From: Bacteroidales bacterium
GTDB lineage: Bacteria; Bacteroidota; Bacteroidia; Bacteroidales; UBA3663
Length of the DNA: 64,000 bases
Assembly: GCA_045576355.1 (NCBI GenBank)
Contig: JAZNGG010000038.1
Coordinates: 35,232 to 99,231 of the forward strand
Reading direction: 5' to 3'
Both the position numbers and the translations under genes were made by a program. The notes below the pieces were generated by a model, which made no database searches, was not told the origin of the DNA, and saw only the letters and a program-made list of their open reading frames with translations. This document shows positions 28,057 to 37,177 of the stretch, in pieces (position 1 is the stretch's first letter; every line of letters starts with the position of its first letter).

Positions 28057-28878
28057 TCAGCATGGTCTCTTTTTAGGGAGATTAAAGACGTCTTGAACCT
28101 CTTTCATCGCAGCATCTGTCATGCCGTCCGGTTCGCTACCCATGTTGCGAGCACACATATATATGTTTGCAGCTTTGTTGAGCACGTCAATCTGATCAAA
28201 AGCATCCATAACGTCTTGACCTACTGCACACACACCATGTTTCTCCCAAAGGACAACATCAAAATCCTTGATTTGCTCCATAGTTGCATCTGCCAATGTG
28301 ACAGAGCCGGGCAATTGGTAGGGAACAATGCCAATGCCAAGAGGAGCAAAAGCGAGTGTTTCCGGAATCATGGACCAAAGTACACGAGTCATTTCTCCGG
28401 GACGGAGGAAACGACTGATATGACTCATGGCTACTAATTCGATGGGGTGGGTGTGTACTGTTGCTTTATAACATGATCCTGTTTCTAAAAGATAGGCATG
28501 CATGGAGAGGTGAGAGGGAAGCTCTGAAGTGGGCATCACTACTTCGTCAGCGATGATTTCATAGCTGGCGCAGTCATCACAGATACGGATAATTGACCCA
28601 TTTGCCATCGGTTTTTTGGCAAGATCTCTCATCCGTTTGCCTGTACCTTTGCAATAGAAAAAGCACCCTTTAAGACAAGGAAGAGTTACTCCAATCTGGA
28701 AGATAGGAGAGATGGCAGGCATGCTACGCATCTCGTCACCAGCAAATTCTGTAATGTTGATAGTGATGTTGCCACCATTACGTTCAGCCCATCCTTTTTC
28801 CCATAGATAACCGGCTACTTCAGCCACTTTATAGACTTCTGTTGTAAGACCGGGACGGCCTTCAAGTATAGATTTCAT
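28057..28878 (-). CDS. rhaD: rhamnulose-1-phosphate aldolase
   Basis: Class II aldolase pattern (NGGNITI, TVHTHP, WEKHGV). Last gene of the rha cluster. Confidence 0.9.
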   Translation of the reverse strand: MKSILEGRPGLTTEVYKVAEVAGYLWEKGWAERNGGNITINITEFAGDEMRSMPAISPIFQIGVTLPCLKGCFFYCKGTGKRMRDLAKKPMANGSIIRICDDCASYEIIADEVVMPTSELPSHLSMHAYLLETGSCYKATVHTHPIELVAMSHISRFLRPGEMTRVLWSMIPETLAFAPLGIGIVPYQLPGSVTLADATMEQIKDFDVVLWEKHGVCAVGQDVMDAFDQIDVLNKAANIYMCARNMGSEPDGMTDAAMKEVQDVFNLPKKRPC

Positions 28879-28923
28879 ATTTGAATTATTAATTAGTGAT
28901 ATGTTTGTTGTTATAGTGTGAGT

Positions 28924-29964
28924 TTATTTCAATAACTCTGGGATAAATGTTGAGACAATCAATATCGCAATACCGATAATCAAAACAGTTATGGTTTTAG
29001 TAGAACATCCTTTCCACTCTTTGAGGATGATGCCCCAAACGTTGGAGAAAGTAACATTAAGTGCCATAAGAATACAGAAAGCGAAGGTCATCATGGCAGA
29101 GCCTTCTTCAAAGAAGCCTTTACCTAAGCTGAGACCGAAAAATTGGCTATACCACAAAGCACCTGCTAAAGCGCAGAACAAAAGGTTGTTGCCCCAAAGA
29201 CTGCCTTGCTTATAATCGCCCCAAGTCTTATTGACAGAGTTCTGATAGAAACAATAGATGGCATTAGTTACAAAACCTCCTAATGTCACAAGCATGGTTG
29301 CAGGGAGGGTTTTGTACATAGCATCAGTCGCATCTCCGAAGTGAAGCCCTGAGCCAAATTCTAATCCAATGTTGAAACATGCACTCATAAAGCCCGCTAA
29401 AAGAGCAATAGTGATTCCCTTGGGGAAATTAAAGTCTTTGACCGCAGCTTTCTTTTCCTCTTCAGATAGAGACGCCGCTTTCATATTGCCGGCAACACCG
29501 ATGATAGCAATACCGATGAGTGTAACAACGACACCTGCGATAACAGCAAAAGTAAGTTTGGATAGATGATCTGCTTCAGGATAGAATATGTTGAGCATCA
29601 CAGGAGCAAGGATTGTACCTAAGCCGGAGCAAGTTCCTAAAGCGATGGATTGACCTAATGCGACACCGAGATAGCGCATAGATAATCCGAAAGTAAGACC
29701 GCCCACACCCCAAAGCACACCAAAGAGTATGGTCATCCAAATATTAAATGTGTTGGCTGATGTGAAAAGTTCGCAGAGACAATGGCCTTCCGGAACGGCA
29801 AGCATGGCTCCTAACAGAGGAAAGACTAACCACGCAAAAACTCCTTGTACGATCCAATAGGACTCCCAACTCCATTTTTTGATTTTGTTGATGGGCACAT
29901 AGCAAGAAGATTGGCAGAAAGCTCCAATGGCTATGATGAGAAGACCGATAATAATGTTTAACAT
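28924..29964 (-). CDS. rhaT: L-rhamnose/H+ symporter
   Basis: Ten-TM protein. The N-terminus VPINKIKKWSWESYWIVQGVFAWLVFP closely resembles E. coli RhaT. Confidence 0.9.
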   Translation of the reverse strand: MLNIIIGLLIIAIGAFCQSSCYVPINKIKKWSWESYWIVQGVFAWLVFPLLGAMLAVPEGHCLCELFTSANTFNIWMTILFGVLWGVGGLTFGLSMRYLGVALGQSIALGTCSGLGTILAPVMLNIFYPEADHLSKLTFAVIAGVVVTLIGIAIIGVAGNMKAASLSEEEKKAAVKDFNFPKGITIALLAGFMSACFNIGLEFGSGLHFGDATDAMYKTLPATMLVTLGGFVTNAIYCFYQNSVNKTWGDYKQGSLWGNNLLFCALAGALWYSQFFGLSLGKGFFEEGSAMMTFAFCILMALNVTFSNVWGIILKEWKGCSTKTITVLIIGIAILIVSTFIPELLK

Positions 29965-29993
29965 AATGAAGATGATAGTTTAAAACTTTATTG

Positions 29994-30066
29994 AAAGTTG
30001 AAAACTGAAAACTGAAAGGTGGCTACACGTAGCATATTTTTCAGTTTCCAGTTTTCAGTTTTTACT
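29994..30066 (-). promoter_or_regulatory. intercistronic stem-loop built from GAAAACT repeats (between rhaA and rhaT)
   Basis: aaaactgaaaactg (30001-30014) pairs perfectly with cagttttcagtttt (30049-30062), and the flanks extend the stem. Confidence 0.5.
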
Positions 30067-30076
30067 TTAAAATAGA

Positions 30077-31333
30077 TTAACCACGCTTAGAGGTAACGTC
30101 AGCTTCGTACTTTTCGATTTCACCGAGGAAAGCATCTCCAACAGGAACATTGTTCTTCAAGCAGAACATGTCATAAACAGCTTGCCATGGCATGGCTTTT
30201 TGCTCTTCAACAAGACCAAGAAGTTTGTAGCCTTCTCCTGCAAGTTCATATTTAGAGAGCATCTCTTTCGGTTCGAGCAATGCGCGAAGCATGCACTTCT
30301 GAGCTGAACGAGAGCCGATGACATAAGCACCGATACGGTTGATAGAGCCATCAAAGAAGTCCAAGCCATAATGAACGCGGTCGAGAGCTCCGGCACGTAC
30401 GATTTCGAAGAACAACTCCTGAGTAGGATCGTCCATAATGGTTACGTGGTCTGAATCCCAACGTACTGGACGAGAAACGTGAAGCATCAACTCTTTTACA
30501 AAAGGAAGAACTGCGCTTACTTTGTCAGCAGGAGACTCTGTCGGGTGATAGTGACCTGTATCGATTGTGAGAATCTTGTCATACTTAGCTGCATATGCAG
30601 TATAGAAGTCATGAGAACCTACAGTGAAACTTTCTAATCCAATACCGAAAACTTTACCTTCGATACAATCCTTCATCATGGGCTGTTCTTTTTCGAAAAT
30701 TTCGTCAAGCGATTGCTTCAAAAGGTTGCGATAGAGAGCATGATTTACACTTACATCCTTGCATCCATCATGCACCCAAAGGTTCATGATACATGGGTCT
30801 CCCTGAGCCTCTCCCATAGCATTGGCGATGTCACGGCAACGCTTAGTGTGCTCGATCCAGAATTTACGAATGCTATCGTCCGGATTTGCCAATGAGAGGC
30901 TGCCAGACTTCGGGTGTGAGAAAGATGAAGAGTTGAAGTCCAAAAGAGTGTTGTGCTCTTTGGCCCAATCAATCCAAGACTGGAAATGTTCTACTGTAAC
31001 CTCATCACGATCCACAACTTTTCCTTTAAAATCACCATAGATTTCATGCAAGTTAAGACGGTGGCTACCAGGAATGAGAGATTTCGCTTTAAGAATGTCT
31101 TGACGTAACTCATCAATGTTGCGTGCAGCACCCGGGAAATCACCAGTGGACTGGATACCTCCTGACATAGCGCTGGCTTGAACTTCAAATCCCTTTACGT
31201 CATCTGCCTGCCAACAGTGCATGCTAAGATGAAAATCTTGTAATTGTTCTAATACTTTGTCTGTGTCGATGCCTATTTCTGCATAGCGTTCTTTAGCAAT
31301 GGCATAGGCTTTTTCGATTAACTCTGGTTTCAT
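30077..31333 (-). CDS. rhaA: L-rhamnose isomerase
   Basis: 418 aa. HCWQADDV and DTGHYHPTE motifs are typical of RhaA. Confidence 0.95.
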   Translation of the reverse strand: MKPELIEKAYAIAKERYAEIGIDTDKVLEQLQDFHLSMHCWQADDVKGFEVQASAMSGGIQSTGDFPGAARNIDELRQDILKAKSLIPGSHRLNLHEIYGDFKGKVVDRDEVTVEHFQSWIDWAKEHNTLLDFNSSSFSHPKSGSLSLANPDDSIRKFWIEHTKRCRDIANAMGEAQGDPCIMNLWVHDGCKDVSVNHALYRNLLKQSLDEIFEKEQPMMKDCIEGKVFGIGLESFTVGSHDFYTAYAAKYDKILTIDTGHYHPTESPADKVSAVLPFVKELMLHVSRPVRWDSDHVTIMDDPTQELFFEIVRAGALDRVHYGLDFFDGSINRIGAYVIGSRSAQKCMLRALLEPKEMLSKYELAGEGYKLLGLVEEQKAMPWQAVYDMFCLKNNVPVGDAFLGEIEKYEADVTSKRG

Positions 31334-31397
31334 AATTTTTGTGTCTGTTGTTAAAAGGTTAGTAAATTATGTTTTAAATTGTTATGATTAATGTCTT

Positions 31398-32882
31398 TTA
31401 TTCATTGACCCCATAGCACTTAGCACAGAATTCTTGGTAGGCTTTATCCCATGCTTCTACGTCTTGTGGTTCAAATTGATCAAGTTGAGTAGCTTGGCTG
31501 ATTAAGGTACGCATCTCATTAATGTCTTTAACTAAACCGATGGCTTTAAACTGCATCATGATATTGCCGATGGCTGTTGCTTCAGTAGGTCCTGCAAGGA
31601 CTGTCGCACCAATGGCATTGGCCGTGAATTGGTTTAATAATGCGTTTTTAGCTCCACCTCCGATGATGTGAAGCACTTCAAGCGGGAATGGGGCAACCTC
31701 TTTAAGCCATGTGAAAACAGTCCGATAACGGAGAGCTAAAGATTCCATAATAGAACGTGCCACTTGTGCATCGTTTTCTGGTCGTGCTATGCCGTGATTG
31801 TCGCAATATTGGTCAATGGCTGCCAACATACTGGGTGGATTAGCAAAACAAGGATCATCGGTGTTGAAGAAAGAGTGGAAAGCGGGTGCAGATAACTCCA
31901 TCTCTACCAATTCCGGGTAACTATAATTCTTCCCTTGAGCAGCCCACTCTTTACGGCATTGCTCTAAGATCCACATCCCGGTGATGTTTTTAAGGAAACG
32001 AGTTGTCCCTTCGATGCCACCTTCGTTGGTAAAGTTGAGTTGGGCTGAACGGTCTGTGATAATCGGGTCTTTTACCTCGATACCCATGAGTGACCATGTG
32101 CCGGAACTGAGATAGGCAAAGTTTTCATTCTTAGCAGGGACAGCAGCTACTGCAGAACCCGTATCATGTCCGGCAATGGCAATAACCGGGATTTCATAGC
32201 TGAATGGAGTTTTGAGAATATCAGTTTTCAGATTACCAATGATTTCTCCCGGCATAACGATGGGAGGGAAAGCATTGATGTCCGCTCCTGCAGCTTCAAT
32301 CAATTCGCGGTCTATTGTTTTAGTGACAGGATCCAGGAACTGAGAAGTACTTAAAATTGTGTACTCACAGACCGCTTTCCCTGTGAGGAGGTAGCTGATA
32401 AGGTCCGGAATAAACAAATAAGTCTTCGCCTGCTTCATAGGCTCAAAATTTTCTTGATGGCAAGCGAATAGCTGGAAGAGTGTGTTGAAATTCAAAAACT
32501 GAATACCAGTTTTCTTATAAATCGTTTCTTTAGGGATAATTTTGCTATACTCTTCGATTGCATTCTCTGTATAGGGATCACGATAGGCTCGTGGTTCGCA
32601 AATCATATTCCCTTCAGCATCGATAAATGCAACATCTACACCCCATGTATCTACACCAATGGAAGAAATACGGATATCTTGTCGAGTAGCTAACTCACTA
32701 AGTCCATTTGTAATTTCATTAAATAGAGTAGTGATGCTCCAATAAAATTTACCATTTTTTTCTTCTATAGCATTAGGGAATCTGCGTACCTCTTCGGTTT
32801 CAAGAACCCCCTCGTTAAGCCGAGATAGTATCATACGGCCACTTGTAGCACCTAAGTCTATAGCTAAAACGTAGTCTTTCAT
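31398..32882 (-). CDS. rhaB: rhamnulokinase
   Basis: FGGY-family kinase (IDLGATSGR, GHDTGSAV, GGGAKN). First gene of the rha cluster. Confidence 0.9.
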   Translation of the reverse strand: MKDYVLAIDLGATSGRMILSRLNEGVLETEEVRRFPNAIEEKNGKFYWSITTLFNEITNGLSELATRQDIRISSIGVDTWGVDVAFIDAEGNMICEPRAYRDPYTENAIEEYSKIIPKETIYKKTGIQFLNFNTLFQLFACHQENFEPMKQAKTYLFIPDLISYLLTGKAVCEYTILSTSQFLDPVTKTIDRELIEAAGADINAFPPIVMPGEIIGNLKTDILKTPFSYEIPVIAIAGHDTGSAVAAVPAKNENFAYLSSGTWSLMGIEVKDPIITDRSAQLNFTNEGGIEGTTRFLKNITGMWILEQCRKEWAAQGKNYSYPELVEMELSAPAFHSFFNTDDPCFANPPSMLAAIDQYCDNHGIARPENDAQVARSIMESLALRYRTVFTWLKEVAPFPLEVLHIIGGGAKNALLNQFTANAIGATVLAGPTEATAIGNIMMQFKAIGLVKDINEMRTLISQATQLDQFEPQDVEAWDKAYQEFCAKCYGVNE

Positions 32883-32933
32883 AGTAAATATGCTTACTTA
32901 ATTAATGTGATTATGATTATTAGTTTACTCTTG

Positions 32934-32941
32934 CAAATATA
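32934..32941 (-). promoter_or_regulatory. candidate -7 box (TATATTTG on minus strand) for the rha operon
   Basis: Plus-strand caaatata at 32934-32941, about 52 nt upstream of the rhaB ATG. Motif match only. Confidence 0.35.
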
Positions 32942-33071
32942 TTCGTATTTTTAATTGGATAAAAATTTATTTGTAAAAAAATTATGAAATCCTCTAAAAA
33001 TCGTGAGAAAACATTATTTTTGTCGTGATTTTTAATGAATGTATCAAAAAATACAATAAGACTCTAGAAAT

Positions 33072-33611
33072 ATGCGGGTAGGATCTTATGAAATTATAAT
33101 AACTCGAAAATCGATAAAGAGTATTATTTTGAAAGTAAAGAGGGATGGATCTATTCATGTTTCTGCACCTCTATTGGTGGATGATGACAGAATACGGATG
33201 TTTGTAGAGTCTCGATCTGAGTGGTTGAAGCAAGCACTGATTCGTGTAGAATCTGTGGCGTCTAAACAGCAATTGCCAGATTTATCACCAAAAGATAGTT
33301 TAGAAAGGTTTAGGTCTTTTCGTCTGTTACTTCTTAAAAAATTACAATATTGGGCACCACAGATGGGAGTCGATTATAGTGGTTTGCGTATTAAAGCAAT
33401 GACTTCAAAGTGGGGGTCATGTAATTATAAAACTAAAGTACTTACTTTCAATTTGTATTTATTTGGTTTTTCAGAGCGTTGTATCGATTATGTCGTAGTG
33501 CATGAATTAGCACACCTTATTGAGCCCAATCATAGTCCTCGATTTTATGCTTGTGTAGAGAAGTATATTCCCGATTGGAGAGAATGCCGAAAGCAACTGA
33601 GGGGAAAGTAA
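33072..33611 (+). CDS. M48-family metallopeptidase (YgjP/DUF45)
   Basis: HELAHL zinc motif followed by NHSPRFY, and the typical N-terminal ...ITRKSIKSIILKV... Confidence 0.8.
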   Translation: MRVGSYEIIITRKSIKSIILKVKRDGSIHVSAPLLVDDDRIRMFVESRSEWLKQALIRVESVASKQQLPDLSPKDSLERFRSFRLLLLKKLQYWAPQMGVDYSGLRIKAMTSKWGSCNYKTKVLTFNLYLFGFSERCIDYVVVHELAHLIEPNHSPRFYACVEKYIPDWRECRKQLRGK

Positions 33612-33635
33612 TTTTTTTCTAGCTTTTTTTATTAA

Positions 33636-34451
33636 ATGATTATGAGTGAGAGTATTTTTCGTTTTAAGCAGTTTGAAATAAGACAAGAGTGCTGTGCTAT
33701 GAAAGTCGGTACTGATGGTGTCTTGTTAGGGGCATGGGCTCCATTGCAGCATGCACAAAAAATTTTGGATATTGGCTCTGGGACTGGTTTGCTATCACTT
33801 ATGGCAGCTCAACGCAATTATCATGCTACTATTGATGCTGTAGAAATTGATCTTGAAGCGGCAAATCAAGCGACACAGAATTTTATTCAATCTCCATGGA
33901 AGGATCGTTTAAGAGTCTTTTGCTGTCCGATTCAACACTTTGTTATTAAAGATGATACAAAGATTTTACCATTAAATTTGCTCGGTGTTTGTCATAATAA
34001 ATACCTACATTCTGATGCCGAGAGTAAGAACTCTCAGAGGAAGTCATTTGAAGCTTATGATTTTATTATTAGTAACCCACCGTTTTATGAAGAACAAGTA
34101 TTGAGTGATGATCCTAAACGAAATATTGCTCGTAGTGCAGTGGCCTTACCGTTTTCTGTTTTATTTGAGTGTGTCGCATCCCTTATGACGACAGATGGGA
34201 TGTTTGCATTGATTTACCCGGCTCAAGCAGAGGAATCTGTCCAATTGGCCGCAGTTTTTCAAAATATGTATTGTCTGCGACGTTGTGAAGTGAAAACCGT
34301 CGGACGAAAACCCGCTAAACGAATTATGGCTTTATATGGGAGACAGATGCTTACTGATTTTATAAGAGAGACGTTATCCATTCATGGAGAAGGGGGTGTT
34401 TATAGTGAGGAATATATATCTTTGACAAAAGATTTTTATTTGCAATTCTGA
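33636..34451 (+). CDS. tRNA (adenine-N6)-methyltransferase (TrmN6/YfiC-like)
   Basis: FRFKQFEIRQECCAMKVGTDGVLLGAWA, SAM motif ILDIGSGTGLLSLM and NPPFY catalytic motif. Contains an internal insertion of about 35 aa. Confidence 0.8.
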   Translation: MIMSESIFRFKQFEIRQECCAMKVGTDGVLLGAWAPLQHAQKILDIGSGTGLLSLMAAQRNYHATIDAVEIDLEAANQATQNFIQSPWKDRLRVFCCPIQHFVIKDDTKILPLNLLGVCHNKYLHSDAESKNSQRKSFEAYDFIISNPPFYEEQVLSDDPKRNIARSAVALPFSVLFECVASLMTTDGMFALIYPAQAEESVQLAAVFQNMYCLRRCEVKTVGRKPAKRIMALYGRQMLTDFIRETLSIHGEGGVYSEEYISLTKDFYLQF

Positions 34452-34590
34452 AGCTTAATATTTTTTATGGGTGTTGTATTTTTTTGCAAAACAAGCCAAA
34501 GTTATATCACAATTTTAATGTTTACAATAGTTACTCATATTAAATAATCTTAAACGATATTTCATTATACATCTTGCTTTCTTGTTTTAA

Positions 34591-34634
34591 TATGCGCGAA
34601 TGTCTTCTGGAATTTGCGCGAAGACTTTCTCTCC
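34591..34634. repeat. two direct repeats at 22-bp spacing, core TGCGCGAA
   Basis: tgcgcgaa at 34593 and 34615. The units tgcgcgaatgtcttct and tgcgcgaagactttct also contain inverted gtcttc/gaagac. Confidence 0.6.
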
Positions 34635-34779
34635 TCATTTGTAAGGGGAAATAGAAAAAATGTGCATGGAATAAATGAATGTTCTTTTCTCTGTATTTGT
34701 GGGGCAGCGGATATTTATTGTTGGCAGATTCTGTAAATCAAGAATAAAGTGCTTGCTGATGACATTATTGCATAACTTT

Positions 34780-34812
34780 AAGAGGGTGCCTCGTTTTTTG
34801 AGACACCCTCTT
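34780..34812. terminator. hairpin between convergent trmN6-like gene and htpG
   Basis: aagagggtgcctc / gagacaccctctt (13-bp stem with 1 mismatch), loop gtttttt. Confidence 0.6.
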
Positions 34813-34925
34813 GATTTCAATATAAAAGTATTATTTCAATGTCTGTTTTATATTAGCCTAGTTAATGATATCTATCTTTGACAATTTGCGCATTCAATAA
34901 CGAAGACTAATATACGCATCTTTTT

Positions 34926-37010
34926 TTAGCCTAACATTTGCTCACTGCGTTTGATGAATTGTGCAAGTGCTTCACCTTTAAGCAATCCGCTTTCGAGTAG
35001 GGCAAGGTCAACAAGTTGACGAAGCCTTGTTTCGCCTGCTGCATATTTAGAGATGGTTTCACTTTCTTTAGCTTTTAAGTCATCTACGTCGTGGCGCAGT
35101 TCGTTGAGCAATTTGTCTTTTTCTTCTGGGAACTCTCCGGCTTTTGCTTTATACTTCTCGTCTTCAAGGGGTGAAATTTGAGCTTGTTTGTTGGAGATTT
35201 CTTCTGCCCCGGGAGAAAGAGTTGAGCTTAGAGAATTCTGTGCATCATCAAGAACTTTTTTAACTGCCGGATGTGCTGTATTGATTACCAAAGCATAGTT
35301 GTCAGGCATTTCACCATAGAAATTCATCATGCCGCCTTGCATAGCGCTCATCTCTTTCATGCGTCGCATCCATTCGTTTTGAGTTACTTGCACAGCATTA
35401 TCTGTTTCTGTCAATTTCTCAAACTGAATATTCCACTCAGCAGGCTTTGCATTAGGTTTGTCCGATGGGATAATAGCAGGGATTTGGCTCTTAAACAATG
35501 TTGTATATTGACGCTTTTCATCTTCTGTAAGAGCTGCATCAGTATTGGCATCCTTTTTAATAAGATTGGTAATAGTGTCAGCATCTACTCGGGTAAAATG
35601 ACATTTTTCCTGTTTTTGCTCTTGCTGATTCATAAAAGGAGTGTCAAGTTGACCATCCATTAACAATACATCGTAGCCCTTCTTTTTAGCACCCTGAATG
35701 TATCCGTATTGCTCTTCTTTATTGGTGGCATAAAGATAGACTAAAGTGCCGTCTTTATCGGTCTGATTCCCTTCTGTCAGTTTGCGGTACTCTTCGAGAG
35801 TGTAATAAAAATCATCGATATTTTTGACAAGAGCGAAGGAGGTAGCTTTATCATAAAACTTCTCATCACTCAACATGCCATACTCAATAAAGATTTTTAA
35901 ATCATCCCATTTTTCTTCATAACTCTTTCGGTCTTCGTTAAAGATTTCTGCAAGTCTGTCAGCTACCTTACGGGTGATGTAACCGGAGATTTTCTTAACG
36001 TTTTGGTCGCTTTGGAGGTAACTGCGTGAGACGTTAAGCGGAATGTCCGGAGAGTCAATGACTCCATGGAGTAGCATCATAAATTCGGGAACAATGCCTT
36101 CTACCTGATCTGTAACAAATACTTGATTGCAATATAACTGAATCTTGTTGCGCTGGAAGTCGTTGTTTACAATTTTGGGGAAGTAGAGGACTCCGGTTAG
36201 ATTAAATGGGTAATCTACGTTCAGATGAATCCAGAATAATGGGTCCGGAGCCATCGGATAGAGATCATGATAAAATTTGAGATAGTCCTCATCTTTGAGT
36301 TCAGAAGGAGATTTTGTCCAAAGCGGAGTAGTTTCATTGATTTGGTTGTCTTCTTCTGTTTCTACCTCTTTGCCATCTTTCCATGTCGTTTTCTTACCGA
36401 AGATAACTGGGATGGGCAAATATTTGCAATACTTTTTGAGTAATGTTTCGACCTTGTTTTTATCAGTTAAGTCAGCTTTGTTATCATCGTCCAAATAGAG
36501 TATGATATCTGTACCACGTTCTGCCTTGTCGCAGTCTTCCATATTAAACTCCGGAGTACCTTCGCAACTCCACTCTGTGGCCGGTGCATCAGTGTAACTC
36601 TTAGAGCGGATAACTACTTTCTTGGATACCATGAATGCAGAGTAGAAGCCAAGGCCGAAGTGACCGATTATTGATGTAGCATCATTTTTATATTTCTCAA
36701 GAAAGTCGGTCGCACCACTGAATGCAATTTGGTTGATATAACGATCAATCTCTTCTGCAGTCATACCGATACCGTTATCACTAACAGTAAGAGTGCCTGC
36801 TGCAGAATCGATAGAAACCCTTACTTTCAGATCATCAGTAGCACCCTGATATTCTCCGGCGCGAGCAAGAGTTTTAAGTTTTTGTGTCGCATCGACAGCA
36901 TTACTCACTAATTCTCTTATGAAAATTTCATGATCACTGTAAAGAAATTTTTTTATAACGGGGAAAATATTTTCACTCGTTACATTGATTTTTCCATTAG
37001 TAGTTGCCAT
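34926..37010 (-). CDS. htpG: molecular chaperone HtpG (Hsp90)
   Basis: FIRELVSNAVDA, DNGIGMT and GHFGLGFYSAFMV; 694 aa. Confidence 0.95.
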   Translation of the reverse strand: MATTNGKINVTSENIFPVIKKFLYSDHEIFIRELVSNAVDATQKLKTLARAGEYQGATDDLKVRVSIDSAAGTLTVSDNGIGMTAEEIDRYINQIAFSGATDFLEKYKNDATSIIGHFGLGFYSAFMVSKKVVIRSKSYTDAPATEWSCEGTPEFNMEDCDKAERGTDIILYLDDDNKADLTDKNKVETLLKKYCKYLPIPVIFGKKTTWKDGKEVETEEDNQINETTPLWTKSPSELKDEDYLKFYHDLYPMAPDPLFWIHLNVDYPFNLTGVLYFPKIVNNDFQRNKIQLYCNQVFVTDQVEGIVPEFMMLLHGVIDSPDIPLNVSRSYLQSDQNVKKISGYITRKVADRLAEIFNEDRKSYEEKWDDLKIFIEYGMLSDEKFYDKATSFALVKNIDDFYYTLEEYRKLTEGNQTDKDGTLVYLYATNKEEQYGYIQGAKKKGYDVLLMDGQLDTPFMNQQEQKQEKCHFTRVDADTITNLIKKDANTDAALTEDEKRQYTTLFKSQIPAIIPSDKPNAKPAEWNIQFEKLTETDNAVQVTQNEWMRRMKEMSAMQGGMMNFYGEMPDNYALVINTAHPAVKKVLDDAQNSLSSTLSPGAEEISNKQAQISPLEDEKYKAKAGEFPEEKDKLLNELRHDVDDLKAKESETISKYAAGETRLRQLVDLALLESGLLKGEALAQFIKRSEQMLG

Positions 37011-37177
37011 ATAGTAATAATTTATTATGTGTAAGTTTCTATTGTTTCAATATGTCAAACGCAAGGTTAATTGAATTTGTTGAAATTATTATCCTTGCAT
37101 AAATCGATAATTAGACCTACAAAACTTATGCCAAAGCAGTCTTGTATGTCAAAATGTCAACAATAAATTTGGGGTTG

